Shown: positions 1-43,760, numbered from the stretch's first letter. The stretch: DNA of 64,000 nucleotides from Amoebidium appalachense (GCA_963693365.1 CAVNZM010000008.1:2757572-2821571); one strand, 5' to 3'. Numbers and translations: made by a program. Notes: generated from the letters alone by a model not told the origin.

Positions 1-635
1 ATTTTCTGACCTTCCGGGCTCGATGGACCGACTGGATCAATTATGGAATTTGGTCGATCTTGATCGGCTGCGCACCCCCAATTTTTATTTGAAAACCATC
101 CCCCAAGTCTCCTTAAGATTAGTGTGACCTATATAGGAGTCATACCAACCCACGAGATATAGTAATTCATCGTTGTTTGCGGCTTAACATTCACAGAATG
201 TTTCCGAGAGTAACTGTTACCTTCAGGTGAGAAACCGTTACGTTTAATATGAGAGCGACCTCACATGCAATGGTTGAACAGGGCTCTTCTTGTTCTCTCC
301 ATCACACCTTCCTCCTCTTACTTGTTTGTCCATTCGTTTGCAGTTCTTGTGTCCATTGGTGTGTGTTGGACTGGCAAGGTAAGAGGGACGGAAGAGTGCG
401 TGGGTGCGTGGGTGCGTGTGTGTGTGTGTGTGGGGGGGGGGGTTGTTCCTTTACATGTGGATATGAATTTACTGTTTGTTTGTTTTTTTCTCTGCGTCAT
501 CCTCAAGGAAACATGCTTTAACAAGAGCCGAGTACCACACCATTATACCTCATACATGTTGTTCCCCATTTCCGTGAGGATATTGATATGTTCCGTTTTG
601 CTCTAATCATGCTTGTCTTGACGTTATCTGTACAG

Positions 636-6895
<6,260 letters not shown>

Positions 6896-8267
6896 TCGGG
6901 GATTAATCCGGATAACATGCGATCTATTTATTGCTCTTATATTTTCATTGTAATTCAGCTGTTGTCTTTATAATGCATGAATGTGTTTCTAGGTATAAGA
7001 AACCGGTTTGGGTAGGACAATCCCATTCATCCATCCATAACGGAGCGTGTAAAAATGTGGCTTTTCGTACTGTTAGGTGGTTCTTCTTTGACGCCGCAAC
7101 GACGCGCGCGCATGCACACACACACACACACATGCGCGCGCGCACACACACACACACACCACGTGGGTCTTGGTGTGCGCTTTCTTGGAAAGTCTTGCTA
7201 ATAGGACTACACTACCTCCAGACATAATGCGTGTTTACCTGATCCAGCAAGATATTAACGTGCAAATTAATCTACAAACATGATATACTGTGATTCAAAG
7301 AAACACTGAGCATGTGTGCAGTGGTAACCTTCCCAGCGTAAGGCATAAACATGCACACATACGTATATGCAACACGACACTTAAAAAAAAAAAAACCCCT
7401 GATCGTGCCTGTTTTGGCCTGTAAAATGGCAATTTCTTCATTATTACAAGGAGCTCAGTAACACGAGCCTGCACAGTGCAGATAATCTTGAGCTGCTTAA
7501 TAAAGACAAGTGTAGGGAGAGCTCCCATCTCCTTATATCCATCATGTTTTTTTGTTATGTGGATGTGTGTGTGTGTGTGAAAGTGTGGGCCGGTGATCGA
7601 TGCACGCATATGTATATCAATACTCGGAATAGAATTGATCGTGATTATGGAATGCCGACGCCCATGCATAGCTCAGGAGCATGATACCTAACTGAGTACG
7701 ACGGGACTACCGTGTACCTTTTTCTAGTTCACATTCACATGCACGTAGTAGTGTTGCCATGTGTCTGTGCTCTGTGTTGTGTGTGTGTGTGTGGTGGTGG
7801 TTGTGTGTGTGTATTTGTTTTGTGTCTGGGTGTGTGTGGTGGTGTGCCGCAAATACGTAAAAGACTGTGTGTCGACATGTGTGGTGGTTATGGTGGTGGT
7901 GTGTGTGTGTGTGTGTAGAGCAGGGAGGTAAGGGGGAGAGGGGGGGTGGGGGGGCTGGGAGGGCATGAATGCAGCTGCTGCATGTGCAGCACGTGCACGT
8001 GGGTGACTTCACGGCCCCACCCGGGCCGCAGGTGCACTGAGTTTAGTGTATGCTCACTAGTGGCAACTTGGGTTGTGCATGTGGTGGGTGCAACCATGTG
8101 AATGTTTGCTTACAAATTGCTGTGCGCAAGGTGCATGGCGAGGGCGTGTGTTGGAAGCCCCCGGGGGAATGGGTGGGCGTTCCAAATTACCGCATGTGTC
8201 TTTGCGGCTCAAGACCGAGGGCTGCGTGCTGGCATGTGACGGTGGTGTGCATGTGTGTTTTGGTGTT

Positions 8268-8362
<95 letters not shown>

Positions 8363-8640
8363 TAACTCGTATGGATTTGCTGGGTTTGCAATGATCCAGG
8401 GGCTTTTTGCGCATACTCTGTTCGGCACAGGAGAGAGAGCATTGAAACCATATGTCACAAAATAAATGTATGTTCCCTACTTTTATTTATTCATATATAC
8501 AATACGTACATCCGGCACAAAGTACCATTTTTACAGGCAGTACGTTATCGTCATCCAATGTCAATCCACCATTTATGCACTGTCACCATCAGTTGCTATC
8601 CGATGAAAATCAACCATATGTGGTCACAAACAACACAATC

Positions 8641-14978
<6,338 letters not shown>

Positions 14979-15698
14979 CTGTCAAGAAACTGTATTTGGG
15001 GGCAGGACTGATTTTTTCCTACTGAAACTGATGATCAGGCGCGGGAATTTGTACTCCTCAAGAAATTTTTTTGTCAAAGGGGAAACAAACATGGAATCTG
15101 GATTGAATGTAGGATGATTGTTCACCAATCAATGAGAGAGAGTTCGCGTGCACCATTGCACTTTATCACTTGAAGCTCTCCGGACGTAGCTTGTCGTAGA
15201 AGCATCACTAAGATGTGATTTAGTAACTCTACAGTATTGAACTTGTGAATTGATTTTTTTTTTTATGTATAAAGTATACACTGAAAATGAGCTGTACGGT
15301 CTTCGCAATGGTTTCCACATGGATACTGCTTCTAACGGCTGAACCTACAATGCCAAAATGTAGGCCTACACGCCAATGAAAAATGACCAATGCTGGACTG
15401 TCTTTTGCCGGCTAGGTTTATCACCAAAAATGCGGGGCACGCCAGCCAATCGGAACCAGTCGTGAAGTTGCCTGTTCTGGTAGATTTACGCCCATACATG
15501 GTAAAAACGCGGCAAACACGATGTTCTGAGGAGCCAATGAAACGAAGTCGAGGTCACGGAAATTCGAATCGTAGACGGTCACAGGGAGTGCACGAAACAA
15601 ACGAAAACTTTCCAGTGGTTTCCATATACAGACACCACGCACGTGTGCCGTACACGTCGCACTGTACGTTCTTTTTGCCCATCTGACCCTAAATATCC

Positions 15699-15736
<38 letters not shown>

Positions 15737-17319
15737 ACACACACACACACACGCACACACGCACACACGCACACACACGCACACACAAGTGCACACACAC
15801 GCACACGCACACCGTCACACAGACACGCGCGCACACGCACACCGTCACACAGACACACACACGCAACACACACGCGTACACGCGTAGACACACACGCACA
15901 CACGCACACACGCACACGCACACACACACACACCTTGACACGCACACGCACGCACACACGCACACACAAACACACACACACACGCGTGCACACACGTGTA
16001 CACACACCCAATTATTAATTTATGGATCACGAGGCCTGGGCCCCAAGCTTGTAGACCGAGGCCTCCTATCAGGCATGTCTTGATTTCTCACACCATTATT
16101 ACCGAGGACCTACCGTACGGTACATTCAAGTTGAACCCGTCATGTAGGTCATTCAAGGGTTCACACACACACATCTGATGCATGCACGGTCATATGCATG
16201 CATGCAGGCGCCTTACTTGTATTACTAAGTTACGGTGCAATGCATGAGTCACCGAGTACAGTTAGTAGGCCAGTTCTACTAGTTTTTTGTGGCCATGCAT
16301 ATATCAGGCTGATCTCAGGCTCTACTACTAAGCAACAGCCATGCAAATCATTTACCGAACCGAGAAACAGAGATGTGCCCTGGGCCACGTGCCCGTAGAC
16401 CATGCTGGTCACATCAAACTATTCAAAGTGAGATGTGCAATGCGTGGGGTTCTGTGTACATGCCAGGCCATGCATGCATGGTTTATTTAGATGTTCTGAA
16501 GGTTTCAAGTCAAATTACTAACGTGACACTGTGCACGTGAAAGCACCATGAAAGATTTTTTTTCCATGGGGAAACAACATGCCTCATAGCTGCTCTACGT
16601 ACGGTTAACATCACCCTGTCTTGTGTACACAAGCAGGCATCACATACATGGTCACTGTATAAATGCAGCACTCTTAAGAGTCATCATACCAAAGGAATAG
16701 TGCGGTAGGGTAACCAGATGTGTTCTTTAAAATTTAACAAGCCACACGGCTACATGGTTGTTCAACTGCATAAAAACCCCTACACAACACCAGCCAAGCT
16801 GTAACAGTTAAAGATGTCTATTCACAAGTGAATGTTAAATGCATCCCACAATCAAAGAAATCCTTCGTATTCATATTTCATAGGCATTCTTCCGCCTAAG
16901 CCAATATATCCGCACATGTTCACGATATCATCTCTACGTTTCACGAGTAGCGCTTACGATAAATACAAATAGCATTCACGAAAATCAACATCAGTTCGGG
17001 AAACATTGATTCAAAGATGAACACGTCCTTTTGGCTAGCTTTTGGATAGCTCCACTCACACATTCACACATCATATTCAACATAGAAAAGACGGGGGCAT
17101 GGAATAAGGCTTTGAAAAATCGGTAGAAACAAACAGACAACAGATCCCACATGACTTGAAACGTTTCGACATGTCCAGGATTCATATATGTCAATCGCGC
17201 ATTCTCCAAAAGTGGAGATGGCACCATATATAGGCAAAGCCAGTCACGTGATCCTGACATTAATATGAAGTAAACCAAACGTCAAATTGACGCCACGCCG
17301 CGCAATGCCGCCACAGACC

Positions 17320-33813
<16,494 letters not shown>

Positions 33814-34074
33814 CTTAAACAGTTACTGATTCGAGTGACTCTCTCTATGGGCACCCGTGACCCAGTGATCCCCAAAACGTTCTGTAAAATCCTGCCCTAC
33901 TCTCTGAAAGAAAGTGCTTGCACCTATATGCCAAAAGAGCTCCTCATAGGCGGCAAAGAACGCACCACACCAAGCATCACACGCCCTCAACTCCTACGTG
34001 TGATGCACGTGAAAAGTGGACGAATCGTGAATTCTGTTTGCCCCTTTCGTTGCTGGAGCTGTGTGAGCCACTGA

Positions 34075-34116
34075 GATGACGTAATCCTTTTTAGTCTGCA
34101 GCAGTATGACGTAATT
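34075..34116. promoter_or_regulatory. Paired ATGACGTAAT (CRE/bZIP-like) motifs upstream of the RCC1-BTB gene
   Basis: atgacgtaat occurs twice, ~260-300 bp upstream of the ATG at 33813, in a repeat-free region. Confidence 0.35.
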
Positions 34117-34961
34117 CCATGACTTTGATAAATGACGATATCGTACATTTGTGACAAACACGGTCTCCTTCTTCGAAGACTACCTTTATATTTGGCTCTC
34201 CCCGAGCAAACTGACTCCTGAGTCAGGGAGCATTTTCGTACTCTGTGGTTTCAAGGATCCCAGGCAGCTAATCCCAGGCTGCTTTAACTTCTTGGTTTAA
34301 TCTACCCCGTGGGCACGAATTCACCACTATGCCCATGTGAAAAGGCTATTCTGTTTGGGCGCTTCCTTGGCTTTAACAAGCGCTATTGTGTATATGAAGC
34401 CTGCTTCATTACAACGAACGGTGCTCAATTGGAGTGCTGGCTTTGGAGTGCTGGCTCTGATCGTGATCATAAATATTGGCGTATGTGGTGCCAATATAAC
34501 TGATATGTGTCTCTGTTTACAACTCATTTTTTTAAGTACCGACCCACTGGGTCGGTACTTTAAAGCATCTAACAATACCAGCAACTTATACTCATTTGTG
34601 TAGATTTTTCTCTTTGTTGTACCGTCTAACTGTTAACGAGTGCAACCAGTAAGGCTCATAAATCATCAACCACGAATCAGACGTCCTGATAACGGACCTT
34701 AAATTAATGCAAAAGGAGGCAAAGTGTCAACGATGCTATGCACAAAGAAGAATAAGAATTATCACCCTTTATCTCAACGTTTTCTGATGGAACAATATTT
34801 ATTGCAAACAGAGAGTGACCAAGCTTTAACAACACGATTACGATGCACAGCACTAAACGGTCTATCACTGAGTTGAGAACACAGAACTTTCACGTGTGCT
34901 TTTTCATTAATCATAATACACATTCTAATCAACTCACGTTGAACTCCGTGTTGAACAAAAG

Positions 34962-35689
34962 TCAATATGTTGCTGAGAGATAAGGCAGGGCCGAGTAAAA
35001 CTTAGGGGAAGAATGTTTTAGATCAACGTGTCTGTAAGGAGCAGGAGAAGGCACGGTGGCGTCAAGCTCCAGCGTAATCTCAATATCATCCTCCTCGCCC
35101 AGAAGAAGGTCCAACCCTAGGCACGAAGCCTCTTGTGCAGACACGAAGGCTTCCACAAAATCATATTTCTTCTCAACAGAGCAGGCATTCTTTTCTTCCT
35201 GCAGTGGCTCCTGTATAAAACAAAGAGGTGTTAAAAACAATTTGCAGTCATAGCGCAGGTTGGAGTGCAGTCAGACTCTCTCCAGCTTTGCTATTACTAC
35301 AGCTAAAAGACCCACTAGCCTCAAGGGCACTACCTCATCAAGCACGTACACAACCAAACTCACTTTTATAGCAACCCACACCCCCAACTTCCTGTAAATT
35401 TTGGGGAGAAAGAACTTCGAGAGGGCTCACTTACGATAGTAGTTTCCAGAGCCCCGACTGTGTTGTTTAGTAAAACATGTCGCAACAGCGAACCTGCTCT
35501 TCTTCCTTTGTTTGCAACTGCCAACTTGTGTTTCGAAAGACTGATGATTTGACCACGAGACGGTACTCGTCTGGCTGAAAGTGCCCCTCTATCATATAGT
35601 TCGTCCTCTGGCAGCCACATGACATGTTGTGAAGTGAAGTTTGTGTGCTTTGATCCTACTGTGGACCACATATTCCCTCGTGCGTCCAT
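34962..35689 (-). CDS. Small SERTA-domain-like protein; exons 35689-35435 and 35210-34962 (~167 aa)
   Basis: RGQIISLSKHKL...SLLRHVLLNNTV resembles the SERTA consensus (R-x-x-I-x-x-S-x-x-KL...LRRSVLI-x-N). A phase-0 intron (GTAAGT...TTTTATACAG) joins it in frame to an acidic exon (LDLLLGEEDDIEITLELD). Confidence 0.55.
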
Positions 35690-36290
35690 TTTATTTTGGT
35701 CCAACAATTCCCTTCGTCCTGATGAGCTGGAAGACCCACAACAGAATAAAGGGGTTTATATGTAGATTTCCTTCGCGTCTCAAGTAAATATACAGTTTAT
35801 TTTAAAAGACTTCCTTCGGTTATTTATGGCGCTAATGAATAGTAGGTACGTTCGCAGTTTGTTAGACCTCCACAGCTGGGCAGACCGTTGCATTCAAGTT
35901 GTTGATATCAGAAACTGCTATCTATCGTATAGTGTGCCGCCGTTAGAGCTTGCTATATCTCTGTAGTTAATGTAACCTCTCAGATAGAGTTTCGTGTTCC
36001 GTTCACGAGCAATCATTTCCACAACTCCCCACAAGAGGCTTTCACGTTTTCACGTTTTGGGTGCGAGAGTCGGTGATTATGAGATGGGTCAAGCGGTTGG
36101 GATTCCTTTTTGTTGCTGGCCTGTTGGCGCCGGCGCCAAGGCTTCCAAATGAACAAATAGCATCATCCACTTACGTGACGAAGATGCAATCAAATCACAA
36201 GAATGCACTGACCTTGACAATAGTTGACCAATAGTATGGGTCTAGCTCTGAGCCGCATCATGCACATTAGCTTGTTGCCATTGCTCGGTG

Positions 36291-36356
36291 AATAAGAATA
36301 ATGTATATACAGCGAAATGAAGCAATAAGAATAATGTATATACAGCGAAATGAAGC
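36291..36356. repeat. Perfect 33-bp tandem duplication
   Basis: aataagaataatgtatatacagcgaaatgaagc occurs twice in succession. Confidence 0.9.
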
Positions 36357-37026
36357 ACGTTTGGGCTTAATAAAGTAATGCTCTCATGAAAACGCGATTA
36401 TTGAGAGAGACAAAATAGTTGTAGTCGAGCTTTTTGTTGATTTTCTCTCTGGAATGTGTGCCACGTCAGGGTACACATGATGCCAACTGACACACTGATT
36501 GCCGCGCAATTTTCCGATTGGCCTAAACTGCTCCATCGTTATCGCAATTCATCATGTTGTTGACGTGCGCACTTCAAAAGGCATGACATCACGCCATTTA
36601 ATGCAAACTAAAGGATTTTGTTTTAAATGCACCTCGATGATTCGCTGCCATGGGCTTTTCGTTGATTTAGGAAAGCAAATGCCTGAGCCAGTCTTGCTGG
36701 CATCATGAGCCTTGTCAGCTGGCCAACATGACGTGCCATGACGTGTTTTGTGTCGATGCTCCATAATGAGCAGTGACGCTGTTTCAAAACAATTTGGAAA
36801 ATGCCTGGCAATAAACATGCAATAAGGAGTTTTGTGCTTTGACATAACGGTATTATGCTGAGTGTTTTTTATTGAAGCCACCAGATGCATACCACGTGCA
36901 AAGCATAGCAGGCCCAGAATCCTAAGTATTGAATGCCAATAATTAAATGATATATGAAAGCGGAGTTGGCTGTGAAACATTAAGGCGCTGTCAGTACAGG
37001 CTCCTTGACCACGTGCATGCGCAAAT

Positions 37027-37188
<162 letters not shown>

Positions 37189-37705
37189 AGCAATTACCAC
37201 TTCCTTGTTACTACAATGGCTTCTGGGGTGACCCGGTCCAGTGATTCGAAATGTCACTGCTGCACTGGAGAATAGTGACCCACGCAAAACACAAACACAA
37301 AAACCACACGCCTAGAGCCGCCACCCATAGGAAAAACCGTGCCACAACACCTAGCACAAACTTTGAAACCACCACCCACACATTGCCGGCTTGCCTCAAA
37401 TGCATGTTACACGGTCTATTGGGAACACACACACGGGAAAGTTTAAACTGCACCCACAACACTTCCAAAGACATATTGCATCCTACCACCACACTACACG
37501 ACACGGGGTACCAAACACACCCCGCTCAAATTGTGGCAGCCCCACACGCCACATTAGAGCCCCCCTCACTCGACAGGAGAAATTTCGTAACCGGACCCCC
37601 CTAGCTTTTAGAAATCTTCGAAAATTAGCACAAACCCCCCTAGTCTCTGTTGTGAATTATATAGCCCAATTGTTCTGCAATGCCTGTTTGTCAATGACGG
37701 GCTCA

Positions 37706-37809
37706 GCCTAAAAAGTAGGGGATTCTTGATTTTGAAACGGGGAGGGGGGTAGTAGTAACTTTGGGGGAGGGGGGGACCCACCCCCCCCTTTGGACAGGTG
37801 GGTCGCCCC

Positions 37810-37851
<42 letters not shown>

Positions 37852-38130
37852 CCACCACCCACCTGAGCAGGGGGGGGGGACCCACCCACCCCATAGGCTG
37901 ACATCATGTGAAGGTTTAATAACATATCAGAAAACCTGATCATATAAAACTACAATAATAATCAGCAGCAGTTTACATTACAATGCCAAAACGTAAACAT
38001 GAATTGAGGCTAACTAATAGGATTCCTTGATCACTTGCAACTCAGGCTATGCCATACGGTCATACTCCCCCCCCCCCCCCCCCCCCCTCCCCCCTCCCCT
38101 CCCCCCCCCGGGGCACGAACGGGTGGGAAG

Positions 38131-38187
<57 letters not shown>

Positions 38188-38279
38188 CACTGTGTGTGTG
38201 TGCGTGTGTGTGCGTGTGCATGTACGGGCGCGTGTGCGCGGGCGCGTGTGTGCGTGTATGCGTGCGCGCGCACACGTGT

Positions 38280-38333
<54 letters not shown>

Positions 38334-38863
38334 CACTGTGCGTGTACATACATGTGTGTGTGCGTGTGTGTGTGTGCGTGTGCGTGTCCGGCCGCGCATG
38401 TGCGCGCGTGCACGTGTGTGTGTGCATGTATGGGTGCGCGCGCGTGTGTGTGGTACGTGTGTGTGTGCACTTTAGTGTGTGTGTGTATACACTAGTTCGG
38501 ATTGCCTATGTAAAATTTTCAATGGCTTTGCTTCGCTCCGGTTGGAATGATGACGTAATGAAGGGCTGGGGGAAGGGCTACCGATATACCAAATGACGCT
38601 TTAAGTACTCAAGGGGGGTTTACGCTGTTTACTCGAGGCAAAGAGAGACCAGTCTCAGATATGGGGGGGTTTTGCTCGGAATATCCCCTCAGCAGTATAT
38701 CATGATCACGTACATAGATGTCGGGTGATGATTATACATCAGGGTTTACTTTCTCTATGAGACACCATAAAGATTCAGAAATCAATTAGTTGGGGTTCCC
38801 CGTTTTTTTCTTTTTTTTTTTGTTTTTTTTTCGGGCTCCCCTGGGACACTCGGTATCAGCTGG

Positions 38864-38942
<79 letters not shown>

Positions 38943-40506
38943 CACTAGAATTTTGTAATGATGTGTTTCTCAAGCCAATCAATACATCTAATAAACAGGT
39001 CGTAGTTTTAGTATAAAATCAAGGATGTTGTAATTTTCAGGTAGGCTATCTTTCTGGGTGTCTGTTGTGAATGTGACGTGTGTGTGTTGCGGTATTATGT
39101 GGTCTATCAAACTACATTTGGCGATACATGACCGTTTAAACTGGTGTGTGTGTGTGTTGTTTGGGCATGCAAACGATGCCACCCTATACTTATTAGATCT
39201 CCACTGTATAGCACGTGTACAGTAAAAGCGTAGTATGTGATCAATAATACCATCAGCTAGAGAAAGACCAACAGGAAGGTAATATGTATTTAGGTGTTAC
39301 ACATTTGCGAGTGCCATATTTGGCAATATGGTTAAGGCGGTCAGTATATATAAAACGAGACATAAGGCTTAGTTTTTCAAGGTGTATGCTTTCATCGGGT
39401 CTGGTGTCGTGTGGTATCTTTTCCATTTGTTATATTGCGTAATTATCTTGTGATTGTGTACATGTCTAATAAGTAAGTGGCAGTCCAAAGTCACACGCAC
39501 ACTTTTGCGGGTTTTATTTGTATTTGTGCCCGGGGGAAAAGGAGAGAGAGAGGGAAGGAAAGAGGGGAGAGGTGAGGAGGGGACAGGTCGGATAGAGAAG
39601 AGAGGGTGGGAGGGCAAATACTTCTTTAAGCGGCTTATGTGCTTATTGAATTTCAGCGCGAGATGGGATACAGTAGCAGCTATTGGGACCAGACCATATA
39701 TCGAGAGCGTTACAGGCCCAGGTTTACAACCGTTGTTAGATAGAAAGGAGGCAACTTCTGCTTCAAGGAAATTTGCCAAGGGTTTAAGCGCTCTAGTTCT
39801 CTCTTTCTTGATCCAAGCGGAGAAGGGGTAAACCATATTCACATGCCGGGAAGACAAAAGTGCGAATAAATGTAAGTCTAATAGAAGGATGGAGGGGTGT
39901 GTCTTTTAAAATATTAGCCGAGAAGAAAGCTAACCGCTTACGAGCCAGCTCTACCCTCTTTTCAACCATATGGGAAAACATAACACCAACAGAATTGACC
40001 GGAACACCAAGATATTTGTATTCTGGAACGACAGGTACAGGTTTAGATGATGCTGTAAATGTGTGTAAATTGTTAGCTATATCAGGTACAAGAACACCAC
40101 ATTTGTCTGTGTTAAGGATCATAAGGTTTGCCTTTCACCACTCTGACACTACATCGAACAATCTTTGCAGGCGTCTGACCGTCGGAAGGCTTAGCCGGAC
40201 GGGCTTTTGCGGATTTTGACAATGAGGGAAGCGTCGGACATCACGGGCACCCTATATCATTATTACGCGTTTTTTCATTCCGACAACTTTTCATAATGAA
40301 CGAAAACCTGTTTTCTAGGTAAAAACGAATGAAACATGCACATCAGAGCCTGTAGATTTGTACCACGGCCCCGATGGAGTGAGGGCAGCCCTTACCCTAG
40401 CCCTTTCGAAATGTGAGGCCAATCAGATGATCTGAATCTTCCAGTACCATAAGCCATATAAGGTTACGCATACGAATTCCAATGGGAATTCCGAACCAGT
40501 GTATTG

Positions 40507-40559
<53 letters not shown>

Positions 40560-40680
40560 GGGGGGGAGGAAGAGGAGCGGGATATGCATCAGTGGCCAGA
40601 ACGAATACCGTCTTTGGTGCACGTGGGTGGAAACTTCGGAGACTCTTTAATACCATGATCACGCACATGCAGGGGGGAAA

Positions 40681-40718
<38 letters not shown>

Positions 40719-40973
40719 GGGGGGGGGGGCCCACCACCCCACTCGGCCAGGTGGGTCCCTCCCCCCCCCGGGGGGGGGGGGGGGGGGGACCCACCCACCC
40801 CTGCGGCTACCTTGGGGAGGGGGGGAGGGGGGGACCCACCCACCCCCGGGAGGGGGTGGTTGGAGGTGGTTCCCCCCCCCCCGAGGGGGGGGAGGGGGGT
40901 ACCACCAGGGGGGACGTCGATATTTACTACTCTCCCCCCCCATTTCAAATTCAAAAATCCCTAGGCAGTAGGC
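37706..40973. mobile_element. Inverted pair of related GC-rich repeat modules (possible TIR element, or two opposed MITE copies) bracketing ~3.3 kb
   Basis: 37716-37758 (taggggattcttgattttgaaacggggaggggggtagtagtaa) matches the reverse complement of 40924-40963 (tagggatttttgaatttgaaatggggggggagagtagtaa). Both sides carry internal gggacccacccaccc / caggtgggtc motifs. Confidence 0.5.
39620..40180 (-). pseudogene. Degenerate non-LTR retrotransposon (LINE) reverse transcriptase, C-terminal fragment
   Basis: LQRLFDVVSEW*KANLMILNTDKC...PVVPEYKYLGV...TFVFPACEYG matches RT domain 6/7 and the thumb region. It has an in-frame stop and a frameshift near 39800, and no YADD motif remains. Confidence 0.8.
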
Positions 40974-41439
40974 CTCTGTGGGGTCGTTACCCACGAACAG
41001 GCAGCAAAAAGGTTTAAACTGCAGAACAGCGAGGAGCAGAGCCACGGTTTTTTTTTTTTAAGGTCTATGTCGCCATTTCTCAATTATGACGTAGTTATGA
41101 CGTAGTTCATAATTACATAATGTCATTGATGATGTCACGAATTGAGAATGACGTCACCGAGTTACGAACATGGTGGCTCACGGCCAGCCGAAGCCGATAA
41201 AATTGAGCGCACTGATTGGTACTTTCCATATATGTAATGTTCGTTTTAGGAAAGTCCGGACATGGCAAAAATATCACATCACGATCGAGAAATGCCGACA
41301 TAGTCGTTAACCCATTTTTAGGTTTAGTTTAGCACATGTGCACTATCTAATCGTGGGGAACCTGTTAATCATGCCAAATTGAAGTACTAGTACTCTTAAT
41401 CGACTACAAACACCCCCCCACCTGCTCCTATATTCCCAG

Positions 41440-41623
41440 TAGGGAAGAGGCACGTCTTCATTTCTTCACGGTGAAGTCTTTGCCGTTGCAAAGATTCTCT
41501 TCTCTCTTCGTTTTTTATTCGTTTTCTGTCACGTGCATCCTCCCGCCTTCTTCTTCCTCATTTTTTGTGTCTTGCCCAACTTTTCTTCTTCTATTTCCTA
41601 ATCTCCTTATTTTTACAGCAATT

Positions 41624-41655
<32 letters not shown>

Positions 41656-42018
41656 CTTTTTTTTTTATTTTTTCCCTTTGAATTTTTTGTGCAAGTGTGC
41701 TCCAGTTGCCCGCTGGTGTGTTTTTGCATCAATGATTACGATTGCAGATCCCGCACGTGCTTGAGCCTATTGCAACTGTCTTGTCCAAACTCGTGGTTGG
41801 TCCGAATTCACTTGACCTAGCAGACGCGTACGCATTATCTCATGCATGTTAAAGCTGAAAGTGTTGTAGGTGCCCCACAGCGTGTACTTATGTGAGTGGA
41901 TATAGGGCCCTCTTCAACGAATGCAAGGTGATGGCGTACACGGGACCCTGCAAATGTTGCAAATGCATAGCACACGAAGAGCACAGTCTCTGGCTGGTTC
42001 GATACATAAGTAAACTCG

Positions 42019-42057
<39 letters not shown>

Positions 42058-43760
42058 ACCACCATCTCCCCCGCCTCTTATGATTTCACAAACCTTCTCT
42101 TGGGCCCCACATGGGCTCACTCACCCCAACAAGCATGCATGTACACAAATGCAAAACACGCTTTTACACTCGAAACACATTCTGTAAAACCTGTACATAC
42201 ACACCTACACACACACCTGCCTATACATTTCTACACACACACATGCAGCCATTCACATACACGCATACACACCTCCACACACACACAAATGCCATGCCGT
42301 GACCCAATGTCTATATCCCGCCCGCTTCTCGTTTGTGGGCAACGCAAGAGCACATCTACCGAAGCCGCACCGATGGATCCACCCTCCCATCGATATCACA
42401 CCATGATAGTACATGTTCATGCACACTCCCCAATTTCTTGGCAACGCCCTAACCCCCCCCCCCCCCCCCCCCCCCGCCAAGATTTCTGCCCTCGAGCCAC
42501 GACCCCTTAGCCCCTCTCCCTTTCTTCCCTCCCGAACTGCCTGCCCCCCCCCCCCCCCCCCCCCCCCCCCTCCCTGCCCCCTTCCCTAATCCCTTCCCCA
42601 TGTCACAGCCAGAACGTAAACGCGGAGGTACCCCTAGCGTGATTATAGAAGTCATTCACCCCTACATTCATCCTCAGCACACAGTCCTTTTCGTTTCCCC
42701 CCCCCCCCTCCCCCCTCCCCCCTTCTTCTATGTGCAGGCAAATGCACATGGCACACACACACACAAACACACACACACACACACAAACACATACACACAC
42801 ACACACACACAGGGGGGACGGGGGGGGGGGGGGGTCCAGGAAAATCACGTATCCAACATATAGGCGGGTTACGTGATTCTCCTGAACGGGGGGTTTAGGG
42901 GGAGTACGAATTTCCTGGACACGTGATTTTCCTGCAACCCCCCCCCCCCCCCCCCCCCCCCCCCCGTTCCCGCCTTCCCACCCGTATTACTTACTACACA
43001 TAATACAAAAAACACAACAAAGGCTGTAACGCAGTTGCAGGCCATATCAAACGATCATCAATCGATTATCCGTCCCGGTTTTAACAAAAGATCACCATCT
43101 GTTTACCGCGGCTCATAGCCCAACCTAGCCTTCATGTTTACATTTGTCTTTTTCAGCTAAGTTTGATATGTCCCGGCCTCATGAAGCGTAACTATAAACC
43201 TTGTGCACGTGCCCCCCCCCCCCCCCCCCCCCCCGATCGACCAACCCCAACCGATGTTGAAGGCCAAGTAGGTTCAGGGATCCATCGTGCACAGTCACAG
43301 TGCTTGTTCGTGGCTACAGCAGGACAAAGGATTCTTTCCAATTAGCTTCGTGCCACTATCTGTCCAATTAGTTGCCTTCCCCTCCCCCCCCGCCCCCCTC
43401 TCTCTCTCTATCTCCCCCCTTCCCCTGTCCATCCCTCCTCTTCCCTCCCCCCCCCATCCCCCTGCCCTTCAAGCAACCCACCCACACATGCACACACACG
43501 TGTAGTACACATGCGCTTGTGAGGGCTCATGTACACGCGCACACACACAGTCATAAAAACGCGCAGACAGATATGGTGCAATTATCCCGTCCGCTTAATT
43601 GTTCCCCCCCTCCCCCCCCCCCCCCCCCCCCCCCCCGCGCGCCGCCGCCCCTCCACACACACACGCTCACAAACACACACTCGCGCACACACACAAGCAC
43701 ACGCACACGCGCATACATACACGCACACGCGCACGTGCACTCTCCCTACCCCACACACGC

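Noticed and set aside
197-377. Additional kinase exons at the window start
   Set aside because: AG/GT-bounded segments exist, but no translation gave recognisable kinase subdomain X sequence, so they were left uncalled.
40120-40145. In-frame TGA in the RT fragment as recoding (selenocysteine or readthrough)
   Set aside because: The fragment is also truncated and frameshifted, so ordinary decay explains it.
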